64,000 nucleotides of DNA, from assembly GCA_964016885.1 (NCBI GenBank), contig OZ024758.1, positions 39,556,001-39,620,000 on the forward strand, written 5' to 3'. The notes beneath the pieces were generated by a model, which was not told the DNA's origin, made no database searches, and saw nothing but the letters and a program-made list of their open reading frames with translations. Shown in pieces: positions 13,795-27,812 of the stretch (positions are counted from its first letter, which is position 1; each line of letters starts with the position of its first letter). The stretch is from Eledone cirrhosa (taxonomy: Eukaryota). The position numbers and the translations under genes are program-made.

Positions 13795-16700
13795 CTTCTG
13801 ACAGCTAATACCATGAACTTAAATGAATTCTCACCAACAGTGGAGTTACTTCTGACAGCTAGTACCATGAACTTAAATGAATTCTCACCAACAGTGGAGT
13901 TACTTCTGACAGCTAATACCATGAACTTAAATGAATTCTCACCAACATTGGAGTTACTTCTGACAACTAATACCATGACTTAAATGAATTCTCACCAACA
14001 GTGGAGTTACTTCTGACAAACTAATACCATGAACTTAAATGAATTCTCACCAACTGTGGAGTTACTTCTGACAGCTAATACCATGAACTTAAATGAATTC
14101 TCACCAACAGTGGAGTTACTTCTGACAGCTAATACCATGAACTTAAATGAATTCTCACCAACATTGGAGTTACTTCTGACAGCTAATACCATGACTTAAA
14201 TGAATTCTCACCAACAGTGGAGTTACTTCTGACAGCTAATACCATGAACTTAAATGAATTCTCACCAACATTGGAGTTACTTCTGACAGCTAGTACCATG
14301 AACTTAAATAAATTCTCACCAACAGTGGAGTTACTTCTGACAGCTAATACCATGAACTTAAATGAATTCTCACCAACAGTGGAGTTCCTTCTGACAGCTA
14401 ATACCATGAACTTAAATGAATTCTCACCAACATTGGAGTTACTTCTGACAGCTAGTACCATGATTTAAATGAATTCTCACCAACATTGGAGTTACTTCTG
14501 ACAACTAATACCATGACTTAAATGAATTCTCACCAACAGTGGAGTTACTTCTGACAAACTAATACCATGAACTTAAATGAATTCTCACCAACAGTGGAGT
14601 TACTTCTGACAGCTAGTACCATGAACTTAAATGAATTCTCACCAAGAAGTGGAGTTCCTTCTGACAGCTAATACCATGAACTTAAATGAATTCTCACCAA
14701 CAGTGGAGTTACTTCTGACAGCTAGTACCATGAACTTAAATGAATTCTCACCAACAGTGGAGTTACTTCTGACAGCTAATACCATGAACTTAAATGAATT
14801 CTCACCAACAGTGGAGTTACTTCTGACAGCTAATACCATGAACTTAAATGAATTCTCACCAACATTGGAGTTACTTCTGACAGCTAATACCATGACTTAA
14901 ATGAATTCTCACCAACAGTGGAGTTACTTCTGACAGCTAATGCCATGAACTTAAATGAATTCTCACCAACATTGGAGTTACTTCTGACAGCTAGTACCAT
15001 GAACTTAAATGAATTCTCACCAACAGTGGAGTTACTTCTGACAGCTAATACCATGAACTTAAATGAATTCTCACCAACAGTGGAGTTCCTTCTGACAGCT
15101 AATACCATGAACTTAAATGAATTCTCACCAACAGTGGAGTTCCTTCTGACAGCTAATACCATGAACTTAAATGAATTCTCACCAACATTGGAGTTACTTC
15201 TGACAGCTAGTACCATGAACTTAAATGAATTCTCACCAACAGTGGAGTTACTTCTGACAGCTAATACCATGAACTTAAATGAATTCTCACCAACAGTGGC
15301 GTTCCTTCTGACAGCTAATACCATGAACTTAAATGAATTCTCACCAACAGTGGAGTTACTTCTGACAGCTAGTACCATGACTTAAATGAATTCTCACCAA
15401 CATTGGAGTTCCTTCTGACAGCTAATACCATGAACTTAAATGAATTCTCACCAACAGTGGAGTTACTTCTGACAGCTAGTACCATGAACTTAAATGAATT
15501 CTCACCAACAGTGGAGTTACTTCTGACAGCTAATACCATGAACTTAAATGAATTCTCACCAACATTGGAGTTACTTCTGACAACTAATACCATGACTTAA
15601 ATGAATTCTCACCAACAGTGGAGTTACTTCTGACAAACTAATACCATGAACTTAAATGAATTCTCACCAACTGTGGAGTTACTTCTGACAGCTAATACCA
15701 TGAACTTAAATGAATTCTCACCAACAGTGGAGTTACTTCTGACAGCTAATACCATGAACTTAAATGAATTCTCACCAACATTGGAGTTACTTCTGACAGC
15801 TAATACCATGACTTAAATGAATTCTCACCAACAGTGGAGTTACTTCTGACAGCTAATACCATGAACTTAAATGAATTCTCACCAACATTGGAGTTACTTC
15901 TGACAGCTAGTACCATGAACTTAAATAAATTCTCACCAACAGTGGAGTTACTTCTGACAGCTAATACCATGAACTTAAATGAATTCTCACCAACAGTGGA
16001 GTTCCTTCTGACAGCTAATACCATGAACTTAAATGAATTCTCACCAACATTGGAGTTACTTCTGACAGCTAGTACCATGATTTAAATGAATTCTCACCAA
16101 CATTGGAGTTACTTCTGACAACTAATACCATGACTTAAATGAATTCTCACCAACAGTGGAGTTACTTCTGACAAACTAATACCATGAACTTAAATGAATT
16201 CTCACCAACAGTGGAGTTACTTCTGACAGCTAGTACCATGAACTTAAATGAATTCTCACCAAGAAGTGGAGTTCCTTCTGACAGCTAATACCATGAACTT
16301 AAATGAATTCTCACCAACAGTGGAGTTACTTCTGACAGCTAGTACCATGAACTTAAATGAATTCTCACCAACAGTGGAGTTACTTCTGACAGCTAATACC
16401 ATGAACTTAAATGAATTCTCACCAACAGTGGAGTTACTTCTGACAGCTAATACCATGAACTTAAATGAATTCTCACCAACATTGGAGTTACTTCTGACAG
16501 CTAATACCATGACTTAAATGAATTCTCACCAACAGTGGAGTTACTTCTGACAGCTAATGCCATGAACTTAAATGAATTCTCACCAACATTGGAGTTACTT
16601 CTGACAGCTAGTACCATGAACTTAAATGAATTCTCACCAACAGTGGAGTTACTTCTGACAGCTAATACCATGAACTTAAATGAATTCTCACCAACAGTGG

Positions 16701-17094
16701 AGTTCCTTCTGACAGCTAATACCATGAACTTAAATGAATTCTCACCAACAGTGGAGTTCCTTCTGACAGCTAATACCATGAACTTAAATGAATTCTCACC
16801 AACATTGGAGTTACTTCTGACAGCTAGTACCATGAACTTAAATGAATTCTCACCAACAGTGGAGTTACTTCTGACAGCTAATACCATGAACTTAAATGAA
16901 TTCTCACCAACAGTGGCGTTCCTTCTGACAGCTAATACCATGAACTTAAATGAATTCTCACCAACAGTGGAGTTACTTCTGACAGCTAGTACCATGACTT
17001 AAATGAATTCTCACCAACATTGGAGTTCCTTCTGACAGCTAATACCATGAACTTAAATGAATTCTCACCAACAGTGGAGTTACTTCTGACAGCT
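13795..17094. repeat. Near-perfect tandem duplication, 1617-bp unit (30 monomers), 2 copies
   Basis: Rare variants CCAAGAAG (14642/16259), AATGCC (14939/16556) and AAATAAATT (~14306/15923) are all offset by 1617, as are ORF pairs 14007/15624, 14631/16248 and 14884/16501. Confidence 0.95.
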
Positions 17095-17899
17095 AATACC
17101 ATGAACTTAAATGAATTCTCACCAACAGTGGAGTTACTTCTGACAGCTAATACCATGAACTTAAATGAATTCTCACCAACAGTGGAGTTACTTCTGACAG
17201 CTAATACCATGAACTTAAATGAATTCTCACCAACATTGGAGTGACTTCTGACAGCTAATACCATGAACTTAAATGAATTCTCACCAACAGTGGAGTTACT
17301 TCTGACAGCTAGTACCATGAACTTAAATGAATTCTCACCAACAGTGGAGTTCCTTCTGCAGCTAATACCATGAACTTAAATGAATTCTCACCAACAGTGG
17401 AGTTACTTCTGACAGCTAGTACCATGAACTTAAATGAATTAACACCAACAATGGAGTTACTTCTGACAGCTAATACCATGACTTAAATGAATTCTCACCA
17501 ACAGTGGAGTTACTTCTGACAGCTAGTACCATGACTTAAATGAATTCTCACCAACATTGGAGTTACTTCTGACAGCTAATACCATGAATTAAATGAATTC
17601 TCACCAACAGTGGAGTTACTTCTGACAGCTAGTACCATGAACTTAAATGAATTCTCACCAACAGTGGAGTTACTTCTGACAGCTAATACCATGAACTTAA
17701 ATGAATTCTCACCAACATTGGAGTTACTTCTGACAGCTAGTACCATGAACTTAAATGAATTCTCACCAACAGTGGAGTTACTTCTGACAGCTAATACCAT
17801 GAACTTAAATAAATTCTCACCAACAGTAGAGTTCCTTCTGACAGCTCATACCATGAACTTAAATGAATTCTCACCAACATTGGAGTTACTTCTTACAGC

Positions 17900-20800
17900 T
17901 AGTACCATGAACTTAAATGAATTCTCACCAACAGTGGGGTTACTTCTGACAGCTAGTACCATGAACTTAAATGAATTCTCACCAACAGTGGAGTTACTTC
18001 TGCAGCTAGTACCATGAACTTAAATGAATTCTCACCAACAGTGGAGTTACTTCTGACAGCTAGTACCATGAACTTAAATGAATTCTCAGAAACAGTGGAT
18101 TTACTTCTGACAGCTAGTACCATGAACTTAAATGAATTCTCACCAACATTGGAGTTACTTCTGACAACTAATACCATGATTTAAATTAATTCTCACCAAC
18201 AGTGGAGTTACTTCTGACAACTAATACCATGAACTTAACTGAATTCTCACCAACAGTGGAGTTACTTCTGACAGCTAGTACCATGAACTTAAATGAATTC
18301 TCACCAACAGTGGAGTTACTTCTGACAGCTAATACCATGAACTTAAATGAATTCTCACCAACAGTGGAGTTCCTTCTGACAGCTAATAGCATGAACTTAA
18401 CTGAATTCTCACCAACAGTGGAGTTACTTCTGACAGCTAGTACCATGAACTTAACTGAATTCTCACCAACAGTGGAGTTACTTCTGACAGCTAGTACCAT
18501 GAACTTAAATGAATTATCACCAACAGTGGAGTTACTTCTGACAGCTAATACCATGAACTTAAATGAATTCTAACCAACAGTGGAGTTCCTTCTGACAGCT
18601 AATACCATGAACTTAAATGAATTCTCACCAACATTGGAGTTACTTCTGACAGCTAGTACCATGACTTAAATGAATTCTCACCAACATTGGAGTTACTTCT
18701 GACAGCTAATACCATGACTTAAATGAATTCTCACCAACAGTGGAGTTACTTCTGACAGCTAGTACCATGAACTTAAATGAATTCTCACCAACAGTGGAGT
18801 TACTTCTGACAGCTCATACCATGAACTTAAATGAATTATCACCAACAGTGGAGTTACTTCTGACAGCTAGTACCATGAATTTAAATGAATTCTCACCAAC
18901 ATTGGAGTTACTTCTGACATCTAATACCATGACTTAAATGAATTCTCACCAACAGTGGAGTTACTTCTGACAAACTAATACCATGAACTTAAATGAATTC
19001 TCACCAACAGTGGAGTTACTTCTGACAGCTAGTACCATGAACTTAAATGAATTCTCACCAACAGTGGACTTACTTCTGACAGCTAATACCATGAACTTAA
19101 ATGAATTCTCACCAACAGTGGAGTTACTTCTGACAGCTAATACCATGAACTTAAATGAATTCTCACCAACATTGGAGTTACTTCTGACAGCTAGTACCAT
19201 GAACTTAAATGAATTCTCACCAACAGTGGAGTTACTTCTGACAGCTAATACCATGAACTTAAATGAATTCTCACCAACAGTAGAGTTCCTTCTGACAGCT
19301 AATACCATGAACTTAAATGAATTCTCACCAACATTGGAGTTACTTCTGACAGCTAATACCATGACTTAAATGAATTCTCACCAACAGTGGAGTTACTTCT
19401 GACAGCTAATACCATGAACTTAAATGAATTCTCACCAACAGTGGAGTTACTTCTGACAGCTAATACCATGAACTTAAATGAATTTTCACCAACAGTGGAG
19501 TTACTTCTGACAGCTAGTACCATGAACTTAAATGAATTCTCACCAACATTGGAGTTACTTCTAAACAACTAATACCATGACTTAAATGAATTCTCACCAA
19601 CAGTGGAGTTACTTCTGACAACTAATACCATGAACTTAAATGAATTCTCACCAACAGTGGAGTTACTTCTGACAACTAGTACCATGAACTTAAATGAATT
19701 CTCACCAACAGTGGAGTTACTTCTGACAGCTAATACCATGAACTTAAATGAATTCTCACCAACAGTGGAGTTCCTTCTGACAGCTAATACCATGAACTTA
19801 AATGAATTCTCACCAACATTGGAGTTACTTCTGACAGCTAGTACCATGAACTTAAATGAATTCTCACCAACAGTGGGGTTACTTCTGACAGCTAGTACCA
19901 TGAACTTAAATGAATTCTCACCAACAGTGGAGTTACTTCTGACAGCTAGTACCATGAACTTAAATGAATTCTCACCAACAGTGGAGTTACTTCTGACAGC
20001 TAGTACCATGAACTTAAATGAATTCTCAGAAACAGTGGAGTTACTTCTGACAGCTAGTACCATGAACTTAAATGAATTCTCACCAACATTGGAGTTACTT
20101 CTGACAACTAATACCACGATTTAAATTAATTCTCACCAACAGTGGAGTTACTTCTGACAACTAATACCATGAACTTAACTGAATTCTCACCAACAGTGGA
20201 GTTACTTCTGACAGCTAGTAACATGAACTTAAATGAATTCTCACCAACAGTGGAGTTACTTCTGACAGCTAGTTCCATGAACTTAAATGAATTCTCACCA
20301 ACAGTGGAGTTACTTCTGACAGCTAATACCATGAACTTAAATGAATTCTCACCAACAGTGGAGTTCCTTCTGACAGCTAATAGCATGAACTTAACTGAAT
20401 TCTCACCAACAGTGGAGTTACTTCTGACAGCTAGTACCATGAACTTAATTGAATTCTCACCAACAGTGGAGTTACTTCTGACAGCTAGTACCATGAACTT
20501 AAATGAATTCTCACCAACAGTGGAGTTACTTCTGACAGCTAATACCATGAACTTAAATGAATTCTAACCAACAGTGGAGTTCCTTCTGACAGCTAATACC
20601 ATGAACTTAAATGAATTCTCACCAACATTGGAGTTACTTCTGACAGCTAGTACCATGACTTAAATGAATTCTCACCAACATTGGAGTTACTTCTGACAGC
20701 TAATACCATGACTTAAATGAATTCTCACCAACAGTGGAGTTACTTCTGACAGCTAGTACCATGAACTTAAATGAATTCTCACCAACAGTGGAGTTACTTC

Positions 20801-23600
20801 TGACAGCTAATACCATGAACTTAAATAAATTCTCACCAACAGTGGAGTTACTTCTGACAGCTAGTACCATGAACTTAAATGAATTCTCACCAACATTGGA
20901 GTTACTTCTGACAGCTTATACCATGACTTAAATGAATTCTCACCAACAGTGGAGTTACTTCTGACAAACTAATACCATGAACTTAAATGAATTCTCACCA
21001 GCAGTGGAGTTACTTCTGACAGCTAGTACCATGAACTTAAATGAATTCTCACCAACAGTGGAGTTACTTCTGACAGCTAATACCATGAACTTAAATGAAT
21101 TCTCACCAACAGTGGAGTTACTTCTGACAGCTAATACCATGAACTTAAATGAATTCTCACCAACATTGGAGTTACTTCTGACAGCTAGTACCATGAACTT
21201 AAATGAATTCTCACCAACAGTGGAGTTACTTCTGACAGCTAATACCATGAACTTAAATGAATTCTCACCAACAGTAGAGTTCCTTCTGACAGCTAATACC
21301 ATGAACTTAAATGAATTCTCACCAACATTGGAGTTACTTCTGACAGCTAATACCATGACTTAAATGAATTCTCACCAACAGTGGAGTTACTTCTGACAGC
21401 TAATACCATGAACTTAAATGAATTCTCACCAACAGTGGAGTTACTTCTGACAGCTAATACCATGAACTTAAATGAATTCTCACCAACAGTGGAGTTACTT
21501 CTGACAGCTAGTACCATGAACTTAAATGAATTCTCACCAACATTGGAGTTACTTCTGACAACTAATACCATGACTTAAATGAATTCTCACCAACAGTGGA
21601 GTTACTTCTGACAACTAATACCATGAACTTAAATGAATTCTCACCAACAGTGGAGTTACTTCTGACAACTAGTACCATGAACTTAAATGAATTCTCACCA
21701 ACAGTGGAGTTACTTCTGACAGCTAATACCATGAACTTAAATGAATTCTCACCAACAGTGGAGTTCCTTCTGACAGCTAATACCATGAACTTAAATGAAT
21801 TCTCACCAACATTGGAGTTACTTCTGACAGCTAGTACCATGAACTTAAATGAATTCTCACCAACAGTGGGGTTACTTCTGACAGCTAGTACCATGAACTT
21901 AAATGAATTCTCACCAACAGTGGAGTTACTTCTGACAGCTAGTACCATGAACTTAAATGAATTCTCACCAACAGTGGAGTTACTTCTGACAGCTAGTACC
22001 AGAACTTAAATGAATTCTCAGAAACAGTGGAGTTACTTCTGACAGCTAGTACCATGAACTTAAATGAATTCTCACCAACATTGGAGTTACTTCTGACAAC
22101 TAATACCACGATTTAAATTAATTCTCACCAACAGTGGAGTTACTTCTGACAACTAATACCATAAACTTAACTGAATTCTCACCAACAGTGGAGTTACTTC
22201 TGACAGCTAGTACCATGAACTTAAATGAATTCTCACCAACAGTGGAGTTACTTCTGACAGCTAGTACCATGAACTTAAATGAATTCTCACCAACAGTGGA
22301 GTTACTTCTGACAGCTAATACCATGAACTTAAATGAATTCTCACCAACAGTGGAGTTCCTTCTGACAGCTAATAGCATGAACTTAACTGAATTCTCTCCA
22401 ACAGTGGAGTTACTTCTGACAGCTAGTACCATGAACTTAACTGAATTGTCACCAACAGTGGAGTTACTTCTGACAGCTAGTACCATGAACTTAAATGAAT
22501 TCTCACCAACAGTGGAGTTACTTCTGACAGCTAATACCATGAACTTAAATGAATTCTAACCAACAGTGGAGTTCCTTCTGACAGCTAATACCATGAACTT
22601 AAATGAATTCTCACCAACATTGGAGTTACTTCTGACAGATAGTACCATGACTTAAATGAATTCTCACCAACATTGGAGTTACTTCTGACAGCTAATACCA
22701 TGACTTAAATGAATTCTCACCAACAGTGGAGTTACTTCTGACAGCTAGTACCATGAACTTAAATGAATTCTCACCAACAGTGGAGTTACTTCTGACAGCT
22801 AATACCATGAACTTAAATGAATTCTCACCAACAGTGGAGTTACTTCTGACAGCTAGTATCATGAACTTAAATGAATTCTCACCAACATTGGAGTTACTTC
22901 TGACAGCTAATACCATGACTTAAATGAATTCTCACCAACAGTGGAGTTACTTCTGACAAACTAATACCATGAACTTAAATGAATTCTCACCAGCAGTGGA
23001 GTTACTTCTGACAGCTAGTACCATGAACTTAAATGAATTCTCACCAACAGTGGAGTTACTTCTGACAGCTAATACCATGAACTTAAATGAATTCTCACCA
23101 ACAGTGGAGTTACTTCTGACAGCTAATACCATGAACTTAAATGAATTCTCACCAACATTGGAGTTACTTCTGACAGCTAGTACCATGAACTTAAATGAAT
23201 TCTCACCAACAGTGGAGTTACTTCTGACAGCTAATACCATGAACTTAAATGAATTCTCACCAACAGTAGAGTTCCTTCTGACAGCTAATACCATGAACTT
23301 AAATGAATTCTCACCAACATTGGAGTTACTTCTGACAGCTAATACCATGACTTAAATGAATTCTCACCAACAGTGGAGTTACTTCTGACAGCTAATACCA
23401 TGAACTTAAATGAATTCTCACCAACAGTGGAGTTACTTCTGACAGCTAATACCATGAACTTAAATGAATTCTCACCAACAGTGGAGTTACTTCTGACAGC
23501 TAGTACCATGAACTTAAATGAATTCTCACCAACATTGGAGTTACTTCTGACAACTAATACCATGACTTAAATGAATTCTCACCAACAGTGGAGTTACTTC
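17900..23600. repeat. Higher-order repeat of ~1.99 kb (37 monomers), ~3 copies, sub-domain B
   Basis: TCAGAAAC (~18086, 20026, 22018), TTAAATTAAT (18181, 20121, 22113), TTCTAACC (~18568, 20562, 22554) and the ACAAACT monomer (ORF-track 18961, 20955, 22947; spacings 1994 and 1992) recur in order. Confidence 0.9.
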
Positions 23601-26600
23601 TGACAAACTAAAACCATGAACTTAAATGAATTCTCACCAACAGTGGAGTTACTTCTGACTGCTAGTACCATGAACTTAAATGAATTCTCACCAACAGTGG
23701 AGTTACTTCTGACAGCTAGTACCATGACTTAAATGAATTCTCACCAACAATGGAGTTACTTCTGACAGCTAATACCATGACTTAAATGAATTCTCACCAA
23801 CAGTGGAGTTACTTCTGACAGCTAATACCATGAACTTAAATGAATCCTCACCAACAGTGGAGTTACTTCTGACAGCTAATACCATGAACTTAAATGAATT
23901 CTCACCAACATTGGAGTGACTTCTGACAGCTAATACCATGAACTTAAATGAATTCTCACCAACATTGGGGTTACTTCTGACAGCTAGTACCATGAACTTA
24001 AATGAATTCTCACCAACAGTGGAGTGACTTCTGACAGCTAATACCATGAACTTAAATGAATTCTCACCAACATTGGAGTGACTTCTGACAGCTAATACCA
24101 TGAACTTAAATGAATTCTCACCAACATTGGGGTTACTTCTGACAGCTAGTACCATGAACTTAAATGAATTCTCACCAACAGTGGAGTTACTTCTGACAGC
24201 TAATACCATGAACTTAAATGAATTCTCACCAACAGTGGAGTTACTTCTGACAGCTAGTACCATGAACTTAAATGAATTCTCACCAACAGTGGAGTTACTT
24301 CTGACAGCTAATACCATGAACTTAAATGAATTCTCACCAACATTGGAGTTACTTCTTACAGCTAGTACCATGAACTTAAATGAATTCTCACCAACAGTGG
24401 AGTTACTTCTGACAGCTAGTACCATGAACTTAAATGAATTCTCACCAACAGTGGAGTTACTTCTGACAGCTAGTACCATGAACTTAAATGAATTCTCACC
24501 AACAGTGGAGTTACTTCTGACAGCTAGTACCATGAACTTAAATGAATTCTCACCAACAGTGGAGTTACTTCTGACAGCTAGTACCATGACTTAAATGAAT
24601 TCTCACCAACAATGGAGTTACTTCTGATAGCTAATACCATGACTTAAATGAATTCTCACCAACAGTGGAGTTACTTCTGACAGCTAGTACCATGAACTTA
24701 AATGAATTCTCACCAACATTGGAGTTACTTCTGACAACTAATACCATGATTTAAATTAATTCTCACCAACAGTGGAGTTACTTCTGACAACTAATACCAT
24801 GAACTTAACTGAATTCTCACCAACAGTGGAGTTACTTCTGACAGCTAGTACCATGAACTTAAATGAATTCTCACCAACAGTGGAGTTCCTTCTGACAGCT
24901 AGTACCATGAACTTCAATGAATTCTCACCAACAGTGGAGTTACTTCTGACAGCTAATACCATGAACTTAAATGTATTCTCACCAACAGTGGAGTTCCTTC
25001 TGACAGCTAATACCATGAACTTAACTGATTCTCACCAACAGTGGAGTTACTTCTGACAGCTAGTACCATGAACTTAAATGAATTCTCACCAACAGTGGAG
25101 TTACTTCTGACAGCTAATACCATGAACTTAAATGAATTCTCACCAACATTGGAGTTACTTCTGACAGCTAGTACCATGAACTTAACTGAATTGTCACCAA
25201 CAGTGGAGTTACTTCTGACAGCTAGTACCATGAACTTAAATGAATTCTCACCAACATTGGAGTTACTTCTGACAGATAGTACCATGACTTAAATGAATTC
25301 TCACCAACATTGGAGTTACTTCTGACAGCTAATACCATGACTTAAATGAATTCTCACCAACAGTGGAGTTACTTCTGACAGCTAGTACCATGAACTTAAA
25401 TGAATTCTCACCAACAGTGGAGTTACTTCTGACAGCTAATACCATGAACTTAAATGAATTCTCACCAACAGTGGAGTTACTTCTGACAGCTAGTATCATG
25501 AACTTAAATGAATTCTCACCAACATTGGAGTTACTTCTGACAGCTAATACCATGACTTAAATGAATTCTCACCAACAGTGGAGTTACTTCTGACAAACTA
25601 ATACCATGAACTTAAATGAATTCTCACCAGCAGTGGAGTTACTTCTGACAGCTAGTACCATGAACTTAAATGAATTCTCACCAACAGTGGAGTTACTTCT
25701 GACAGCTAATACCATGAACTTAAATGAATTCTCACCAACAGTGGAGTTACTTCTGACAGCTAATACCATGAACTTAAATGAATTCTCACCAACATTGGAG
25801 TTACTTCTGACAGCTAGTACCATGAACTTAAATGAATTCTCACCAACAGTGGAGTTACTTCTGACAGCTAATACCATGAACTTAAATGAATTCTCACCAA
25901 CAGTAGAGTTCCTTCTGACAGCTAATACCATGAACTTAAATGAATTCTCACCAACATTGGAGTTACTTCTGACAGCTAATACCATGACTTAAATGAATTC
26001 TCACCAACAGTGGAGTTACTTCTGACAGCTAATACCATGAACTTAAATGAATTCTCACCAACAGTGGAGTTACTTCTGACAGCTAATACCATGAACTTAA
26101 ATGAATTCTCACCAACAGTGGAGTTACTTCTGACAGCTAGTACCATGAACTTAAATGAATTCTCACCAACATTGGAGTTACTTCTGACAACTAATACCAT
26201 GACTTAAATGAATTCTCACCAACAGTGGAGTTACTTCTGACAAACTAAAACCATGAACTTAAATGAATTCTCACCAACAGTGGAGTTACTTCTGACTGCT
26301 AGTACCATGAACTTAAATGAATTCTCACCAACAGTGGAGTTACTTCTGACAGCTAGTACCATGACTTAAATGAATTCTCACCAACAATGGAGTTACTTCT
26401 GACAGCTAATACCATGACTTAAATGAATTCTCACCAACAGTGGAGTTACTTCTGACAGCTAATACCATGAACTTAAATGAATCCTCACCAACAGTGGAGT
26501 TACTTCTGACAGCTAATACCATGAACTTAAATGAATTCTCACCAACATTGGAGTGACTTCTGACAGCTAATACCATGAACTTAAATGAATTCTCACCAAC

Positions 26601-27812
26601 ATTGGGGTTACTTCTGACAGCTAGTACCATGAACTTAAATGAATTCTCACCAACAGTGGAGTGACTTCTGACAGCTAATACCATGAACTTAAATGAATTC
26701 TCACCAACATTGGAGTGACTTCTGACAGCTAATACCATGAACTTAAATGAATTCTCACCAACATTGGGGTTACTTCTGACAGCTAGTACCATGAACTTAA
26801 ATGAATTCTCACCAACAGTGGAGTTACTTCTGACAGCTAATACCATGAACTTAAATGAATTCTCACCAACAGTGGAGTTACTTCTGACAGCTAGTACCAT
26901 GAACTTAAATGAATTCTCACCAACAGTGGAGTTACTTCTGACAGCTAATACCATGAACTTAAATGAATTCTCACCAACATTGGAGTTACTTCTTACAGCT
27001 AGTACCATGAACTTAAATGAATTCTCACCAACAGTGGAGTTACTTCTGACAGCTAGTACCATGAACTTAAATGAATTCTCACCAACAGTGGAGTTACTTC
27101 TGACAGCTAGTACCATGAACTTAAATGAATTCTCACCAACAGTGGAGTTACTTCTGACAGCTAGTACCATGAACTTAAATGAATTCTCACCAACAGTGGA
27201 GTTACTTCTGACAGCTAGTACCATGACTTAAATGAATTCTCACCAACAATGGAGTTACTTCTGATAGCTAATACCATGACTTAAATGAATTCTCACCAAC
27301 AGTGGAGTTACTTCTGACAGCTAGTACCATGAACTTAAATGAATTCTCACCAACATTGGAGTTACTTCTGACAACTAATACCATGATTTAAATTAATTCT
27401 CACCAACAGTGGAGTTACTTCTGACAACTAATACCATGAACTTAACTGAATTCTCACCAACAGTGGAGTTACTTCTGACAGCTAGTACCATGAACTTAAA
27501 TGAATTCTCACCAACAGTGGAGTTCCTTCTGACAGCTAGTACCATGAACTTCAATGAATTCTCACCAACAGTGGAGTTACTTCTGACAGCTAATACCATG
27601 AACTTAAATGTATTCTCACCAACAGTGGAGTTCCTTCTGACAGCTAATACCATGAACTTAACTGATTCTCACCAACAGTGGAGTTACTTCTGACAGCTAG
27701 TACCATGAACTTAAATGAATTCTCACCAACAGTGGAGTTACTTCTGACAGCTAATACCATGAACTTAAATGAATTCTCACCAACATTGGAGTTACTTCTG
27801 ACAGCTAGTACC
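22590..27812. repeat. Near-perfect tandem duplication, 2637-bp unit (49 monomers), 2 copies
   Basis: Markers ACAGATAGT (~22635/25272), AGTATC, ACTAAAACC, GACTGCT, GAATCCTC and CTGATAG, and ORF pairs 22947/25584, 23769/26406 and 24756/27393, are offset by 2637. Confidence 0.95.
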
